Source: Sedimentisphaeraceae bacterium JB056 (GTDB taxonomy: Bacteria; Planctomycetota; Phycisphaerae; Sedimentisphaerales; Sedimentisphaeraceae). Taken from it: a stretch of 64,000 bases of DNA. Location: NCBI GenBank assembly GCA_044440125.1, contig JBITAJ010000029.1, forward strand, positions 128,001 through 192,000. Reading direction: 5' to 3'. Position 1 is the first letter of the stretch. Every line of letters begins with the position of its first letter. Below are positions 38,676 to 47,924 of this stretch, piece by piece. A program made the position numbers and the translations under genes. The notes beneath the pieces were generated by a model. It worked only from the letters and a program-made list of their open reading frames with translations, was not told the DNA's origin and ran no database searches.

Positions 38676-39452
38676 ATGAATGTTAAGCAACTTTTAAGTC
38701 TTAAAGATAAAGTTATACTCGTTACCGGGGGAGCCGGTAATTATGGCAAATGTATTGTTGAAGGCCTCGGGGAAGCTGAGGGCACGGTAATAACGGCCTC
38801 AAGAAATCTTGATGCCGGAGAAGCCTTTGCGGCACAGTGCAGAGAAAGAGGACTGGATGTGCATGCTATGAAGCTTGACCAGGCAGATCATGAATCTGTC
38901 TTAAAGCTGAAGGAAGATATAGTTTCGCAGTTTTCGGGTCTTGACGTACTGGTGAACAATGCTGTGGCAAGGCCGGCAAAAGGTTACGGTGCTTCTCTGG
39001 ACTCACTTCAGGAATCGCTTGCAGTCAATGGTGTAGGCGTCATGGACCTGACTCGTGAGATGGTTGAGATTATTGGAAAACGCGGCTCGGGGGTTATTGT
39101 CAATATTGCGTCCATGATGGGTATGTTCGGTCCTGATCTTTCCAATTATGAAGGGACCGATATGGGGGACCCTTGCCCGGATTATGCTTTCCATCGCGGG
39201 GGAATGATAAACTATACCCGCTATCTGGCAAGGGTACTTGCTGATAAGAATATTCGCGCTAACTGCATCAGCCCCGGCGGACTTTTCAATCATCAAAATC
39301 CGATTTTTGTGGATAATTACTCAAGGAAAGTCCCCGCAGGCAGAATGGCCAATAATGATGATATAAAAGGGCTGGCGGTGCTGCTTGCCTCAGATGCTTC
39401 AGCTTATATAAACGGCGAAAATATACTGATGGACGGGGGGATGCATTGTTGA
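38676..39452 (+). CDS. SDR family oxidoreductase (YxxxR variant)
   Basis: TGGAGNYG, NNA, NIASMMG, YAFHR, NCISPGG. Confidence 0.9.
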   Translation: MNVKQLLSLKDKVILVTGGAGNYGKCIVEGLGEAEGTVITASRNLDAGEAFAAQCRERGLDVHAMKLDQADHESVLKLKEDIVSQFSGLDVLVNNAVARPAKGYGASLDSLQESLAVNGVGVMDLTREMVEIIGKRGSGVIVNIASMMGMFGPDLSNYEGTDMGDPCPDYAFHRGGMINYTRYLARVLADKNIRANCISPGGLFNHQNPIFVDNYSRKVPAGRMANNDDIKGLAVLLASDASAYINGENILMDGGMHC

Positions 39453-39511
39453 TCAAATAAGTATCCGGTCGTAAATTTGTATCATATTTTAAGAGAAGGT
39501 TAAAAATTAAA

Positions 39512-40414
39512 GTGATTGCTAAAAAAATTATTGAAGAGGCCATGTTTGGGGCTATTGTACGTGCCGCAACAATGCTTCCGCCGGACGTTAAGAAAACTCT
39601 TGAGGAAATTAAAGTGCAGGAGAGTGATCCTATCGCAATTGAGCATCTGCGTTTGAGCAGCGAGAATTTTCAAATGGCCGAAGAAGGTAAGGGGTTGCTT
39701 TGCGGCGATACGGGCTTTCCTCTATTTTTCGTAAAGATAGGCAAAAAAGTTGAACTGGAAGGCGGTTTTTCTGCTATCTATGAAATCGCTTCAGTGGCGA
39801 CTCGTAATGCGACAAAGCAGGCATATCTAAGACCTACAATGGTGGATCCTATTACACGTGACAATCCCGGCGATAATGTTGGACCGGGAATGCCAAGGGT
39901 GGAAATAGAGTTTTCGGACGATATTGAAGGCATTGAGATAATTGGGGCCCCAAAAGGAGGCGGTTCTGAAATATTCGGTACTTTTTATAGAATGCTGTTC
40001 CCTTCCGACGGATTGGCCGGTGTATGCAAGTTTATACTTGACAGTATTAAAGAGGGTTGTTACTCGGGCAAAATATGTCCGCCGGCTATAGTTGGTGTGG
40101 GTATAGGCGGGACAGCCGATGTCTGCATGAAATTAGCTAAACATGCTGCGTTGCTAAGGCCGCTGGGCAGATTCAGCAATGATCCTGAGATCGAAAAGCT
40201 TGAAAGAAAACTGCTTGAAGCCACTAAAGGCTTCGGTCTTGGGCCGATGGGCGCTCGCGGGATTAATTCGGTTATGGGTCTCCACATTGAGACAGCCCTG
40301 ACTCATACCGCGGCACTTCCGGTTGCCGTAAACGCTCAATGCATAGTGGGAAGACGCTGGAAGGCAATGATAAGTACTGATGGGAAGATAACATATACAG
40401 GAGAGATGGGATGA
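39512..40414 (+). CDS. Fe-S hydro-lyase alpha subunit (tartrate dehydratase / class I fumarase family)
   Basis: LCGDTG, PKGGGSE, CPPAIVGVGIGG, GLGPMG, VNAQC. Confidence 0.9.
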   Translation: MIAKKIIEEAMFGAIVRAATMLPPDVKKTLEEIKVQESDPIAIEHLRLSSENFQMAEEGKGLLCGDTGFPLFFVKIGKKVELEGGFSAIYEIASVATRNATKQAYLRPTMVDPITRDNPGDNVGPGMPRVEIEFSDDIEGIEIIGAPKGGGSEIFGTFYRMLFPSDGLAGVCKFILDSIKEGCYSGKICPPAIVGVGIGGTADVCMKLAKHAALLRPLGRFSNDPEIEKLERKLLEATKGFGLGPMGARGINSVMGLHIETALTHTAALPVAVNAQCIVGRRWKAMISTDGKITYTGEMG

Positions 40415-41055
40415 TTGAAAATTCAAATGAGATCAAGAAGTTAAAGCTTCCTTTGACCGAATCGGATGCAAGGTCTCTCCGGCTTGGTGATATCGTAACC
40501 CTTTCAGGATTGCTTTTTACCGGAAGAAGCCGCTTTCATATCAGAGCGATTGAAAATAATATTCTTCCACCTATAGATTTTGATCAAATTAACTGTTTTT
40601 TTCACGTAGGGCCTGTTATGAAGCAGGAGGGCGGCGGTTGGCAGCCGGTGAGTATCGAACCCACATCAAGTATTCGTTTTGAGAGATATTCCGGAGACGT
40701 TGTCCGTAAGCTGAACCTACGTGTTTTGATCGGCAAAACTACAATGGGCCCCGATACCGCATCTGCACTGAAAGAGATAGGCGGGGTACATTTGACTAAA
40801 ATAGGCATTTGCGGAAACATATTGAAAGATAAGATAGTTAAAGTTCATAATGTTTATTTTCTTGATGAGCTTGGCAAAACTGAGGCTACCTGGATTTTTG
40901 AAGTCAAGGATTTTGGGCCGTTTTTTGTAGATATTGATTCCAGTGGCAATAATTATTTTGAGCAAATTAATGGGGAAACAGAATCAAAAATGCCGGGCAT
41001 TTATGCGAAGTTAGGAATAAATGAAGATTATGATTATACGAAGGTAACTCCATGA
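40411..41055 (+). CDS. Fe-S hydro-lyase beta subunit
   Basis: LRLGDIVTLSG.LFTGR, HVGPV, PTSSIR, ELG.TEA.W...DFGP...DSSGN. Confidence 0.88.
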   Translation: MIENSNEIKKLKLPLTESDARSLRLGDIVTLSGLLFTGRSRFHIRAIENNILPPIDFDQINCFFHVGPVMKQEGGGWQPVSIEPTSSIRFERYSGDVVRKLNLRVLIGKTTMGPDTASALKEIGGVHLTKIGICGNILKDKIVKVHNVYFLDELGKTEATWIFEVKDFGPFFVDIDSSGNNYFEQINGETESKMPGIYAKLGINEDYDYTKVTP

Positions 41056-42410
41056 ATATAACATTTGTATCGCCGTGCGGTATGTTGGGATACGGTTATC
41101 CGCTTGCAAGTCTTGAAGCGGCGATGAAATATAAACCTGATTTTATAGGAGTCGACTGCGGCAGTACCGATCCGGGACCTTATTATCTTGGAACCGGTAA
41201 AAGTTTTGTACATCCCACTCAATTGAAACGTGATCTTTCGCCATTATTGCTGGCCTCAAAGAAAGCCGGCATACCTCTGATAATCGGTACCGCGGGTGGA
41301 TCGGGGTCGAAAAAAAACGTTGAGTTTTTTATGAACATACTTCAAGAGGCGGTACGGGAACAGAAATTATCTTTTAAAGTGGCGGTGATCGATTCAGAAA
41401 TTGACAAATCTATAGTTAACGAAGCTTTAAAACAAGGGCGAATATCTCCTTGTGGATTTTCCCATGAGCTTTCCCGTGATGATATAGAGGATGCCGATTG
41501 TATAGTCGCTCAGATGGGAACAGAGCCTATAGCGCAAGCTCTTCGTGGTGGAGCGGAAATTATAATTGCAGGCAGATGTTGTGATACCGCAATATTTGCG
41601 GCTATGCCTATAATGAAAGGTTTTGATCCGGGACTGGCTTTGCATGCTGCGAAAATTGCTGAATGCGGTACGTTATGTGCTGTGCCGGCAGGTGCTAATG
41701 ATACGCTTGTTTGCATGATAGAGTCCGAAAGTTTCAGCGTAGTACCGGCTAATGCCGAAAAAATATGTACCCCTCAAACTGTTGCCGCTCACTCTCTTTA
41801 CGAGCAGCCTGATCCTAACTGTTTTTATGAGCCGGAAGGAAAGATAGATCTCTCCGATTGTGAATTTTCTTCTGATGGTGAAAGAGCGGTAGAAGTGAGA
41901 GGGACAAAACTTATACCACCTGAAAAAAATACAATAAAACTCGAGGGAACAAGGCTGTGCGGCTACAGGTCGATAACTATTGCCGGAATTCGTGACCAAA
42001 GATGTATCGAAAACATTGATGTTATAGAGAAGAGTGTCAGGGAGGCAGTTAAACAGAATCTTTCGAGCAAGATAAGTCCTGATGACTATTCGTTGAGATT
42101 TTTACGATACGGTATGGATGGTGTAATGGGTAGACTGGAAGCTTCGGAAGAAAAGCCTTACGAAGTGGGTTTGTTGATAGAGGCGGTTGCTCCTTCTCAG
42201 GCACAAGCCGATATGGTCATAGGTCTTGCCAGAGCCACCTGCCTTCACCAGCACTTCAGCGGGAGAAAGACAACGGCAGGCAATCTTGCTTTTCCTTTTT
42301 CACCCTCCGATATAAGCTGTGGTCAGGTATGGGAATTTTCAGTTTATCATTTGATGGAAATTGATGATGAAAAATCTTTATTTCCGATTACAATACAGGA
42401 GATAAATTAA
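41052..42410 (+). CDS. AtuA family protein
   Basis: GMLGYGYP, DCGSTDPGPYYLG, GTAGGSG, VAQMG.EP, AKIAECG, AAHSLYE. Confidence 0.85.
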   Translation: MNITFVSPCGMLGYGYPLASLEAAMKYKPDFIGVDCGSTDPGPYYLGTGKSFVHPTQLKRDLSPLLLASKKAGIPLIIGTAGGSGSKKNVEFFMNILQEAVREQKLSFKVAVIDSEIDKSIVNEALKQGRISPCGFSHELSRDDIEDADCIVAQMGTEPIAQALRGGAEIIIAGRCCDTAIFAAMPIMKGFDPGLALHAAKIAECGTLCAVPAGANDTLVCMIESESFSVVPANAEKICTPQTVAAHSLYEQPDPNCFYEPEGKIDLSDCEFSSDGERAVEVRGTKLIPPEKNTIKLEGTRLCGYRSITIAGIRDQRCIENIDVIEKSVREAVKQNLSSKISPDDYSLRFLRYGMDGVMGRLEASEEKPYEVGLLIEAVAPSQAQADMVIGLARATCLHQHFSGRKTTAGNLAFPFSPSDISCGQVWEFSVYHLMEIDDEKSLFPITIQEIN

Positions 42411-42724
42411 TGAGATTGTACGATTTGGCAGATATTATCAGGAGTAAGAATGCAGGTCCATTTACCTTGGCGATTGATCTGCTTTTTAAGGACCCTGATA
42501 TATTCAGTAAAGTGGTCGACAGCAAAGTACTTAGCCCCGAGCTTATTTCAAAGCTTTACAATGTTGATTCAGGGAAAGTTCTAATTACGCCTTTTGAAAC
42601 TGTAAGAGCAATTAAGGTGACGTTGCCGCGACCTTCGGGCGTTTCTGCAGGTGCGCCGGGAGATACAGATGTCTACGGCAGTTCACAGCATTATCCGCTT
42701 GCGGACGTGAAAATATTTGATTGA
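42410..42724 (+). CDS. DUF4387 family protein
   Basis: IIRSKNAGPF.L..D...DVYGSSQHYPL; translationally coupled to the AtuA-like gene. Confidence 0.85.
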   Translation: MRLYDLADIIRSKNAGPFTLAIDLLFKDPDIFSKVVDSKVLSPELISKLYNVDSGKVLITPFETVRAIKVTLPRPSGVSAGAPGDTDVYGSSQHYPLADVKIFD

Positions 42725-43479
42725 TGAGCCGGAAAATGGATATAAATACAAGTTTTTTAAGTAAAAAAAATAACATCTGTGAAATGACAGATCTTACTGC
42801 TTTGGCTATACCAAAAGGCATTAAGGTGCATGTGATAGCCCCTCACAGCGACGATTTCGATATAAATGCTGTAACATTGAAGCACTTTGAGCAGAACGGG
42901 GCGGTGATTAAGCTTGAAGTTTTATCGCTTGATAATGGGGTAGAGCCTGATTTTGAGCCACAAACACCACAGTCTCATATTCGAAAAAGAGAGCAACTGG
43001 AAAGCCTTGCTTTTTTTGGGTTTGATATGAAAATGGTCAATTTTGTTGATACGGTATGCGACCATACTGGACAAAGCGGATATCATGAAGAAAATATCCG
43101 TATTCTTGAGGATATGGTTCGAGGCTATGACCCTGATATTATTATTACGCCTCATCCCAATGATACTAATTCGGCGCATAAGAATGTAGCCGGCATGCTT
43201 TATTCAATCTCTGTATCTAAAAATATCATAATTATGCATAATCTCGACCCTAAAACTGTAAGTTTTAGGCCTGATATGTACATGCCTTTTGATCGAAATC
43301 AAGCTTTATGGAAGGCGGAAATGCTTAGATTCCATCGCTCACAGCATAGCCGAAATTTAAATACGAGAGGATACGGTTTTGATCAAAGACTACTGGAGTT
43401 AAGCAGGCATGCTGCATTAGAATACAAATTGGATTGTGATTATGCTGAGCTTTTTGAAATGAGAGAGCTGAAATCATAA
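42721..43479 (+). CDS. PIG-L / LmbE family deacetylase
   Basis: APHSDD motif, R.REQ, PHPNDTNSAH, FHRSQ. Confidence 0.8.
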   Translation: MMSRKMDINTSFLSKKNNICEMTDLTALAIPKGIKVHVIAPHSDDFDINAVTLKHFEQNGAVIKLEVLSLDNGVEPDFEPQTPQSHIRKREQLESLAFFGFDMKMVNFVDTVCDHTGQSGYHEENIRILEDMVRGYDPDIIITPHPNDTNSAHKNVAGMLYSISVSKNIIIMHNLDPKTVSFRPDMYMPFDRNQALWKAEMLRFHRSQHSRNLNTRGYGFDQRLLELSRHAALEYKLDCDYAELFEMRELKS

Positions 43480-43579
43480 AAATTGAAAAATAATTAACTA
43501 AATAGAATAATTAATCTTGACAAAAATATTACAAAATGATACATCGCTAACAATGTTTACACTGTTGATTATGTTTTTT
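43151..43579 (+). repeat. Direct repeat copy 1 (~430 bp; partner 45855-46283)
   Basis: Near-identical to 45855-46283 at a constant offset of 2704 bp. Confidence 0.95.
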
Positions 43580-44030
43580 CTCTGGCGGTGTTAAGAAGAT
43601 TCAGGTCGGTAGGATACGTAACATCTGCCGGCGTGCAGGTTGCATCAATCAGAAGCATCGCCGTGATGGTCAGGTTTATCATCTTCAGATGAATTATCCT
43701 AATCAATATCGTTTTGAGCCGAGCGCAATGCGACCACTCTTGGCAGGGTTGCCGGTGTTGCTACCCTTAAAGTTCTCGGCATATCGCTGTTCTATCATTT
43801 CCCAAGGCATGTTTTTCGAGAGAATAACCCAACGATTATCATTTCGTAACTTGCTGCCGAAGGGCAGATGAAAATTTTCAAACTGTCATGTGTACTCTTT
43901 GCGATATATTAGCTAACTCCAAGTGCAAGCATTTTGACATATTTACAATAAAACCCATTCACTTCATGCTAATATGATGAGTTGTATATACCTGCCAATA
44001 AAGAACTTGTGTGTTATTTAGTAAGCCCTA
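43575..44030 (-). mobile_element. IS5-family remnant with internal deletion
   Basis: Minus strand gives FENFHLPFGSKLRNDNRWVILSKNMPWEMIEQRY...PAKSGRIALG, then LLIDATCTPADVTYPTDLNLLNTAREK; terminal-IR-like TAGGGCTTACTAAATAAC at 44030-44013. Confidence 0.8.
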
Positions 44031-44093
44031 TTATAACAAATATTAAGTCTCCGAGTATCTGGCTTTCATAGTTCCTTAAATTGAATAGTTTTA

Positions 44094-45515
44094 CTATTCC
44101 CAACCCTTATTGAATCCACGATGACCAGGAATGACCTCCAATTCTTTTCTTAGTTCAAGACATTCTTTTTCCCACTGCCTGGTTTTCTTTCGCAGTTCTG
44201 AAATTTCGAGGGATTCCGCTTTGCAATTTGTGTTAATTATATTTTTTAGTTCTTTCGGATCTGTTTTTAAATTGTATGCTTCATCGCCATAGTCAGGGTC
44301 ATTAGTGTAAGAGAAATGTTTATTCCGAACTCCTTGCAGCAAACTAGGATGCCTGTAAGATTCCAAATGCCCTCCATTGCGAGAAGAGTTTTTAAGAAAA
44401 CCATGATAGTTGCCAACTTGTGCGAACAGGTAATCGTGCAAAGCTTCAGTTTTGTTTCTGCCTATCCATTCTATGAGGTCTTTACCCTGAGTATATTCTG
44501 GGATTTCAATACCGGCCATTTTCAGTATCGTGGGAAACAAATCTGTAAGGTCCACTAATTCTCTGTTCTTAGTTCCAGCTGGCCAACTAACATGTTTAGG
44601 CGAACGTATAATTAGAGGCACATGCAATAAGCACTCATAAAGAGATTCGCTTTTATGAAACAGCCCCTTTTCTCCAGTATAATCTCCATGATCGGAGCTA
44701 ACTATAATCCAGGTATTATCCAGCATATTACGGGCATCCAAAGCATCGTATAAACGTTGCATCTCATCATTAGCATAAGCTATCATACCATAATATGTGG
44801 CTAACACTTTTCGGCTATCTTCTTCAGAAATATCACCCCACTCTTTTAAGGCTTTCGACTGCCAGGAGGGACGATTCTCTGGACAACCTTTTTGCGGAAG
44901 GGGCAGGTCTTTGCTGTCTAAAAGAGCACTATACTCATTATGGGTAAGGTACGGAGGATGGGGCTCAAAATATGGAACATGTAGAAAAAAGGGCATATCA
45001 GAAGCTATAATATCGTCAAGCATCATTATTGCTCTGTCGGTTACAGCATGGGCATGTCCTGATTCTGCAGGTTCTTTTAATGTTCCATATGAGGGTGCCT
45101 TTTTGGAATTACCTTCTGTAAACCAGGTAGAATAGGCCTTTTTTAAGGGGCCTGAGGTATATTCACATACTTGTTGGTGCCAACCCCTGTTTAAGTCTCG
45201 ACCGTATTCATAATGTCCAACTACAGCTGTATAGTAACCATTATTAGCCAGAATTTCCGGTAACTGTGGCAAATTAAGAGGAGCGCGATTTTGATGGCAG
45301 GTTGACTGGTGAACCAGAGGATGGACCCCTGTGAATACCGATGTGCGGGAAGGCGTACAAATTGAACTTGGAGCATATGCTTCTGTAAATGCTACTCCTG
45401 AAGATGCTATTTTGTCCATAAAATCACATTTTGCATGCGGATTGCCGTATACACTACATGCAGAAGCTTTTTGTTGATCAGTCATCAAATACAGAATATT
45501 AGGTTTTTTACTCAT
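44094..45515 (-). CDS. Formylglycine-dependent (S1) sulfatase, no signal peptide
   Basis: KPNILYLMTDQ, CTPSR, EPHPP, SSDHGD...HK...VPLII. Confidence 0.95.
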   Translation of the reverse strand: MSKKPNILYLMTDQQKASACSVYGNPHAKCDFMDKIASSGVAFTEAYAPSSICTPSRTSVFTGVHPLVHQSTCHQNRAPLNLPQLPEILANNGYYTAVVGHYEYGRDLNRGWHQQVCEYTSGPLKKAYSTWFTEGNSKKAPSYGTLKEPAESGHAHAVTDRAIMMLDDIIASDMPFFLHVPYFEPHPPYLTHNEYSALLDSKDLPLPQKGCPENRPSWQSKALKEWGDISEEDSRKVLATYYGMIAYANDEMQRLYDALDARNMLDNTWIIVSSDHGDYTGEKGLFHKSESLYECLLHVPLIIRSPKHVSWPAGTKNRELVDLTDLFPTILKMAGIEIPEYTQGKDLIEWIGRNKTEALHDYLFAQVGNYHGFLKNSSRNGGHLESYRHPSLLQGVRNKHFSYTNDPDYGDEAYNLKTDPKELKNIINTNCKAESLEISELRKKTRQWEKECLELRKELEVIPGHRGFNKGWE

Positions 45516-45609
45516 TATAATTCCCGCGGATTATACTTCGTTATTGTGAACTTATTTTTTGTCATCTTGGAAGAAACAATCATGCTTCAACTTCCTGAAT
45601 GTCAACACT

Positions 45610-45646
45610 GTCAACAATGTTAACAATGTTGTAATTTGAAGTCAAG
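45610..45646 (-). promoter_or_regulatory. Sulfatase promoter overlapped by candidate GntR operator 2
   Basis: Minus strand TTGACT-17-TAACAT; ATTGTTAACATTGTTGAC at 45627-45610. Confidence 0.65.
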
Positions 45647-45689
45647 CATAATTTATAGGGAATTACTCGTTTTTTGTTGAATAAAAAAC

Positions 45690-45812
45690 TATGAAACCAG
45701 TTTGAAGAGACAGTGCCAAAAGACGAAAGATAGCAATAATAGCAGTGGCAAGGCATATATTAATAAGATGCTGGGCTATATTGCAGGATAATCCTAAATT
45801 TCGCAGTTGGAT
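45690..45812 (+). mobile_element. IS110-family transposase C-terminal remnant
   Basis: Reads V*RDSAKRRKIAIIAVARHILIRCWAILQDN, resembling the IS110 C-terminal K.AIVAVARKLL motif; in-frame stop, no start. Confidence 0.6.
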
Positions 45813-45854
45813 GGGTGAAAAGTGCTTGCGAATTGATGTAAGTTGTCTTAATGT

Positions 45855-46183
45855 CTCATCCAAATGATACTAATTAGGCGTATAAGAATGTGGCCGGCAT
45901 GCTCTATTCAATCTCTGTAGCTAAAAATATCATAATTATGCATAATCTTGACCCTAAAACTGTAAATTTTAAGCCTGATATGTACATGCCTTTTGATCGA
46001 AATCAAGCTTTATGGAAGGCGGAAATGCTTAGATTCCATCGCTCACAGCATAGCCGAAATTTTAATACGAGAGGATACGGTTTTGATCAAAGACTACTGG
46101 AGTTAAGCAGGCAGGCTGCATTAGAATACAAATTGGATTGTGATTATGCTGAGCTTTTTGAAATGAGAGAGCTGAAATCATAA
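45855..46183 (+). pseudogene. 5'-truncated duplicate of the PIG-L deacetylase (part of direct repeat copy 2, 45855-46283)
   Basis: Matches 43151-43479; TCG changed to TAG stop at 45875-45877; lacks the N-terminal PHxDD motif. Confidence 0.9.
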
Positions 46184-46220
46184 AAATTGAAAAATAATTA
46201 ACTAAATAGAATAATTAATC

Positions 46221-46264
46221 TTGACAAAAATACTTCAAAACACTACATTGTTAACAATGTTGAC
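46221..46264 (+). promoter_or_regulatory. Promoter of second gntR overlapped by candidate operator 2
   Basis: TTGACA-17-TACATT; ATTGTTAACAATGTTGAC at 46247-46264. Confidence 0.7.
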
Positions 46265-46297
46265 GCTGTTGATGATATTTTTTAATTAGGGTCGGTT

Positions 46298-47005
46298 ATG
46301 TTTGTAACAAGCCAGCAAAAAGCTTATACCAAAATCAAGTCTATGATTCTTGAAGGTGAATTTAGTTCGGGTGAAAGAATTCCTGAGACTAAGGTTGCCA
46401 AACTGATAGGTATGAAGCGTGGTCCGGTCAGAGAATCTCTGATTAAATTGGAGTCTGACGGTTTACTTGTCAGTGAACCGCATTTCGGTTTTGCAACTAA
46501 AACCTATACATTGCAAGAAACTCAGGAATTATATGAACTTCGAGAGGTAGTTGAGGGAGGAGCTGCTTATCTGGCAGCTAAAAACGCTAATAATACCGAT
46601 ATAGACAGGCTTATTGAAGCACATGAGGTATTCAAAGCCAAGATCGATACGAATGATGAATTACGTAAAAACGGAAAAGAATTGTCTCCTGATCAGTATA
46701 GCAATTCTCTTCAGGACGAAGCCTTTCACAGGGCAATACTGAAGGCTTCCAAAAACTCTCGGTTTTCGAATGTTTTCAGAAATATAAGCGATGAGCATAT
46801 CTGTTTGACGTTGCATTTTGAAGGCAAGCAGTTCTATAAGGGGCTTTATGATTACGAGTCTTATGAACATCACGATATTATTCTAAAAGCAATAATAGAG
46901 CGTAATAGTGCCAAAGCGGAGGCAGAGGTAAGATGTCATGTTCGAAGGGCTCGAGAGGGTATTTTGAAACTTTTTGATAATAAAGAAGGCTTCTATTTTG
47001 CTTAA
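46298..47005 (+). CDS. GntR family transcriptional regulator (FCD domain)
   Basis: GERIPETKVAKLIGMKRGPVRESL; DEAFHRAIL...HH.IILKAI...CHV. Confidence 0.95.
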   Translation: MFVTSQQKAYTKIKSMILEGEFSSGERIPETKVAKLIGMKRGPVRESLIKLESDGLLVSEPHFGFATKTYTLQETQELYELREVVEGGAAYLAAKNANNTDIDRLIEAHEVFKAKIDTNDELRKNGKELSPDQYSNSLQDEAFHRAILKASKNSRFSNVFRNISDEHICLTLHFEGKQFYKGLYDYESYEHHDIILKAIIERNSAKAEAEVRCHVRRAREGILKLFDNKEGFYFA

Positions 47006-47040
47006 TTTTGTTATAATCTAAAATATTGAAAGGCAGGTTA

Positions 47041-47865
47041 ATGTTCATTTCACTTAAAAAGAGAGGCAATGCCTTTACTCTGATCGAATTGTTGGTTGTT
47101 ATTTCCATAATAGCGATTTTAATGGCAATAATGATGCCGGCTTTGCGTAAAGTCAGGGAACAGGGTAAAACAGTTGTTTGCGCATCGCACCTTAGAGGGC
47201 TTGGCCAGGGGTTTGCTTTATACGCATTGGATAACGACGGATATATCTCACCTATAAATACGATTAACGGCAAAGCTATAAATCGTCAAAACTTCCCGGG
47301 GATGACAAACTCAAAGGCAGGTGAGTCTTTTGATTATCGCCGTTTGATACTTCCGCTCCTGATGGATATCGATGTGAACAGTGCGGCTGACGCATATTGG
47401 AAAATGGGAGAAATAGCGTTTGAAAAATACGGTTGCCCGACTACTCTTGGAAAAAGAACTACCACCCTTGACGGATCGCAAGGCGGATCTCACGCTTTTT
47501 GGGTAACCTACGGACAGAATGCCAATACCGCCGGCTGGAAAGAAATAACACTTAAAAAACCTTCAAGTACGGTTCTTCTTACTGATGTAGCCCCTAACTC
47601 TAACGGAGTGGTTGGGTATGCGATAGGTATACAGTCTGAAATTGCATGGAATACTGAGACCCCGGACAGAATTGGCCGTTGGCACGGTAAAAAGACTCTT
47701 GACGATGAAAGAGCCAGAGAATTGCATCCAGAAGGTATAATGTCAATGGAATGCAACAAACAGTTCAATACATATAAGCATGACGGCAGTGTTTCTTTAT
47801 TGTCCGACGAATACGAGCAGTTATGGCGTCGTGATGGAAGAATAATATCTCGCCTGCAAGACTGA
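47041..47865 (+). CDS. Prepilin-type N-terminal cleavage/methylation domain protein (DUF1559-like)
   Basis: NAFTLIELLVVISIIAILMAIMMPALRKVREQ...C.SHLR; C-terminal HDGSV. Confidence 0.9.
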   Translation: MFISLKKRGNAFTLIELLVVISIIAILMAIMMPALRKVREQGKTVVCASHLRGLGQGFALYALDNDGYISPINTINGKAINRQNFPGMTNSKAGESFDYRRLILPLLMDIDVNSAADAYWKMGEIAFEKYGCPTTLGKRTTTLDGSQGGSHAFWVTYGQNANTAGWKEITLKKPSSTVLLTDVAPNSNGVVGYAIGIQSEIAWNTETPDRIGRWHGKKTLDDERARELHPEGIMSMECNKQFNTYKHDGSVSLLSDEYEQLWRRDGRIISRLQD

Positions 47866-47888
47866 GATATTTTTTTTTCTTACAGATA

Positions 47889-47906
47889 ATTGTTAACAGT
47901 GTTGAC
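47889..47906 (+). promoter_or_regulatory. Candidate GntR operator 2 (third copy)
   Basis: ATTGTTAACAGTGTTGAC just upstream of ORF 47925. Confidence 0.65.
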
Positions 47907-47924
47907 TTTGTTTCGGATGGCTCA

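Noticed and set aside
43689..43871. 60-aa plus-strand ORF
   Set aside because: Antisense to the IS5 transposase remnant.
45663..45863. 66-aa minus-strand ORF
   Set aside because: Antisense to the IS110-like remnant.
45890..46183. 97-aa ORF as an independent functional gene
   Set aside because: Truncated duplicate of the PIG-L gene, lacking catalytic motifs and with an upstream nonsense change.
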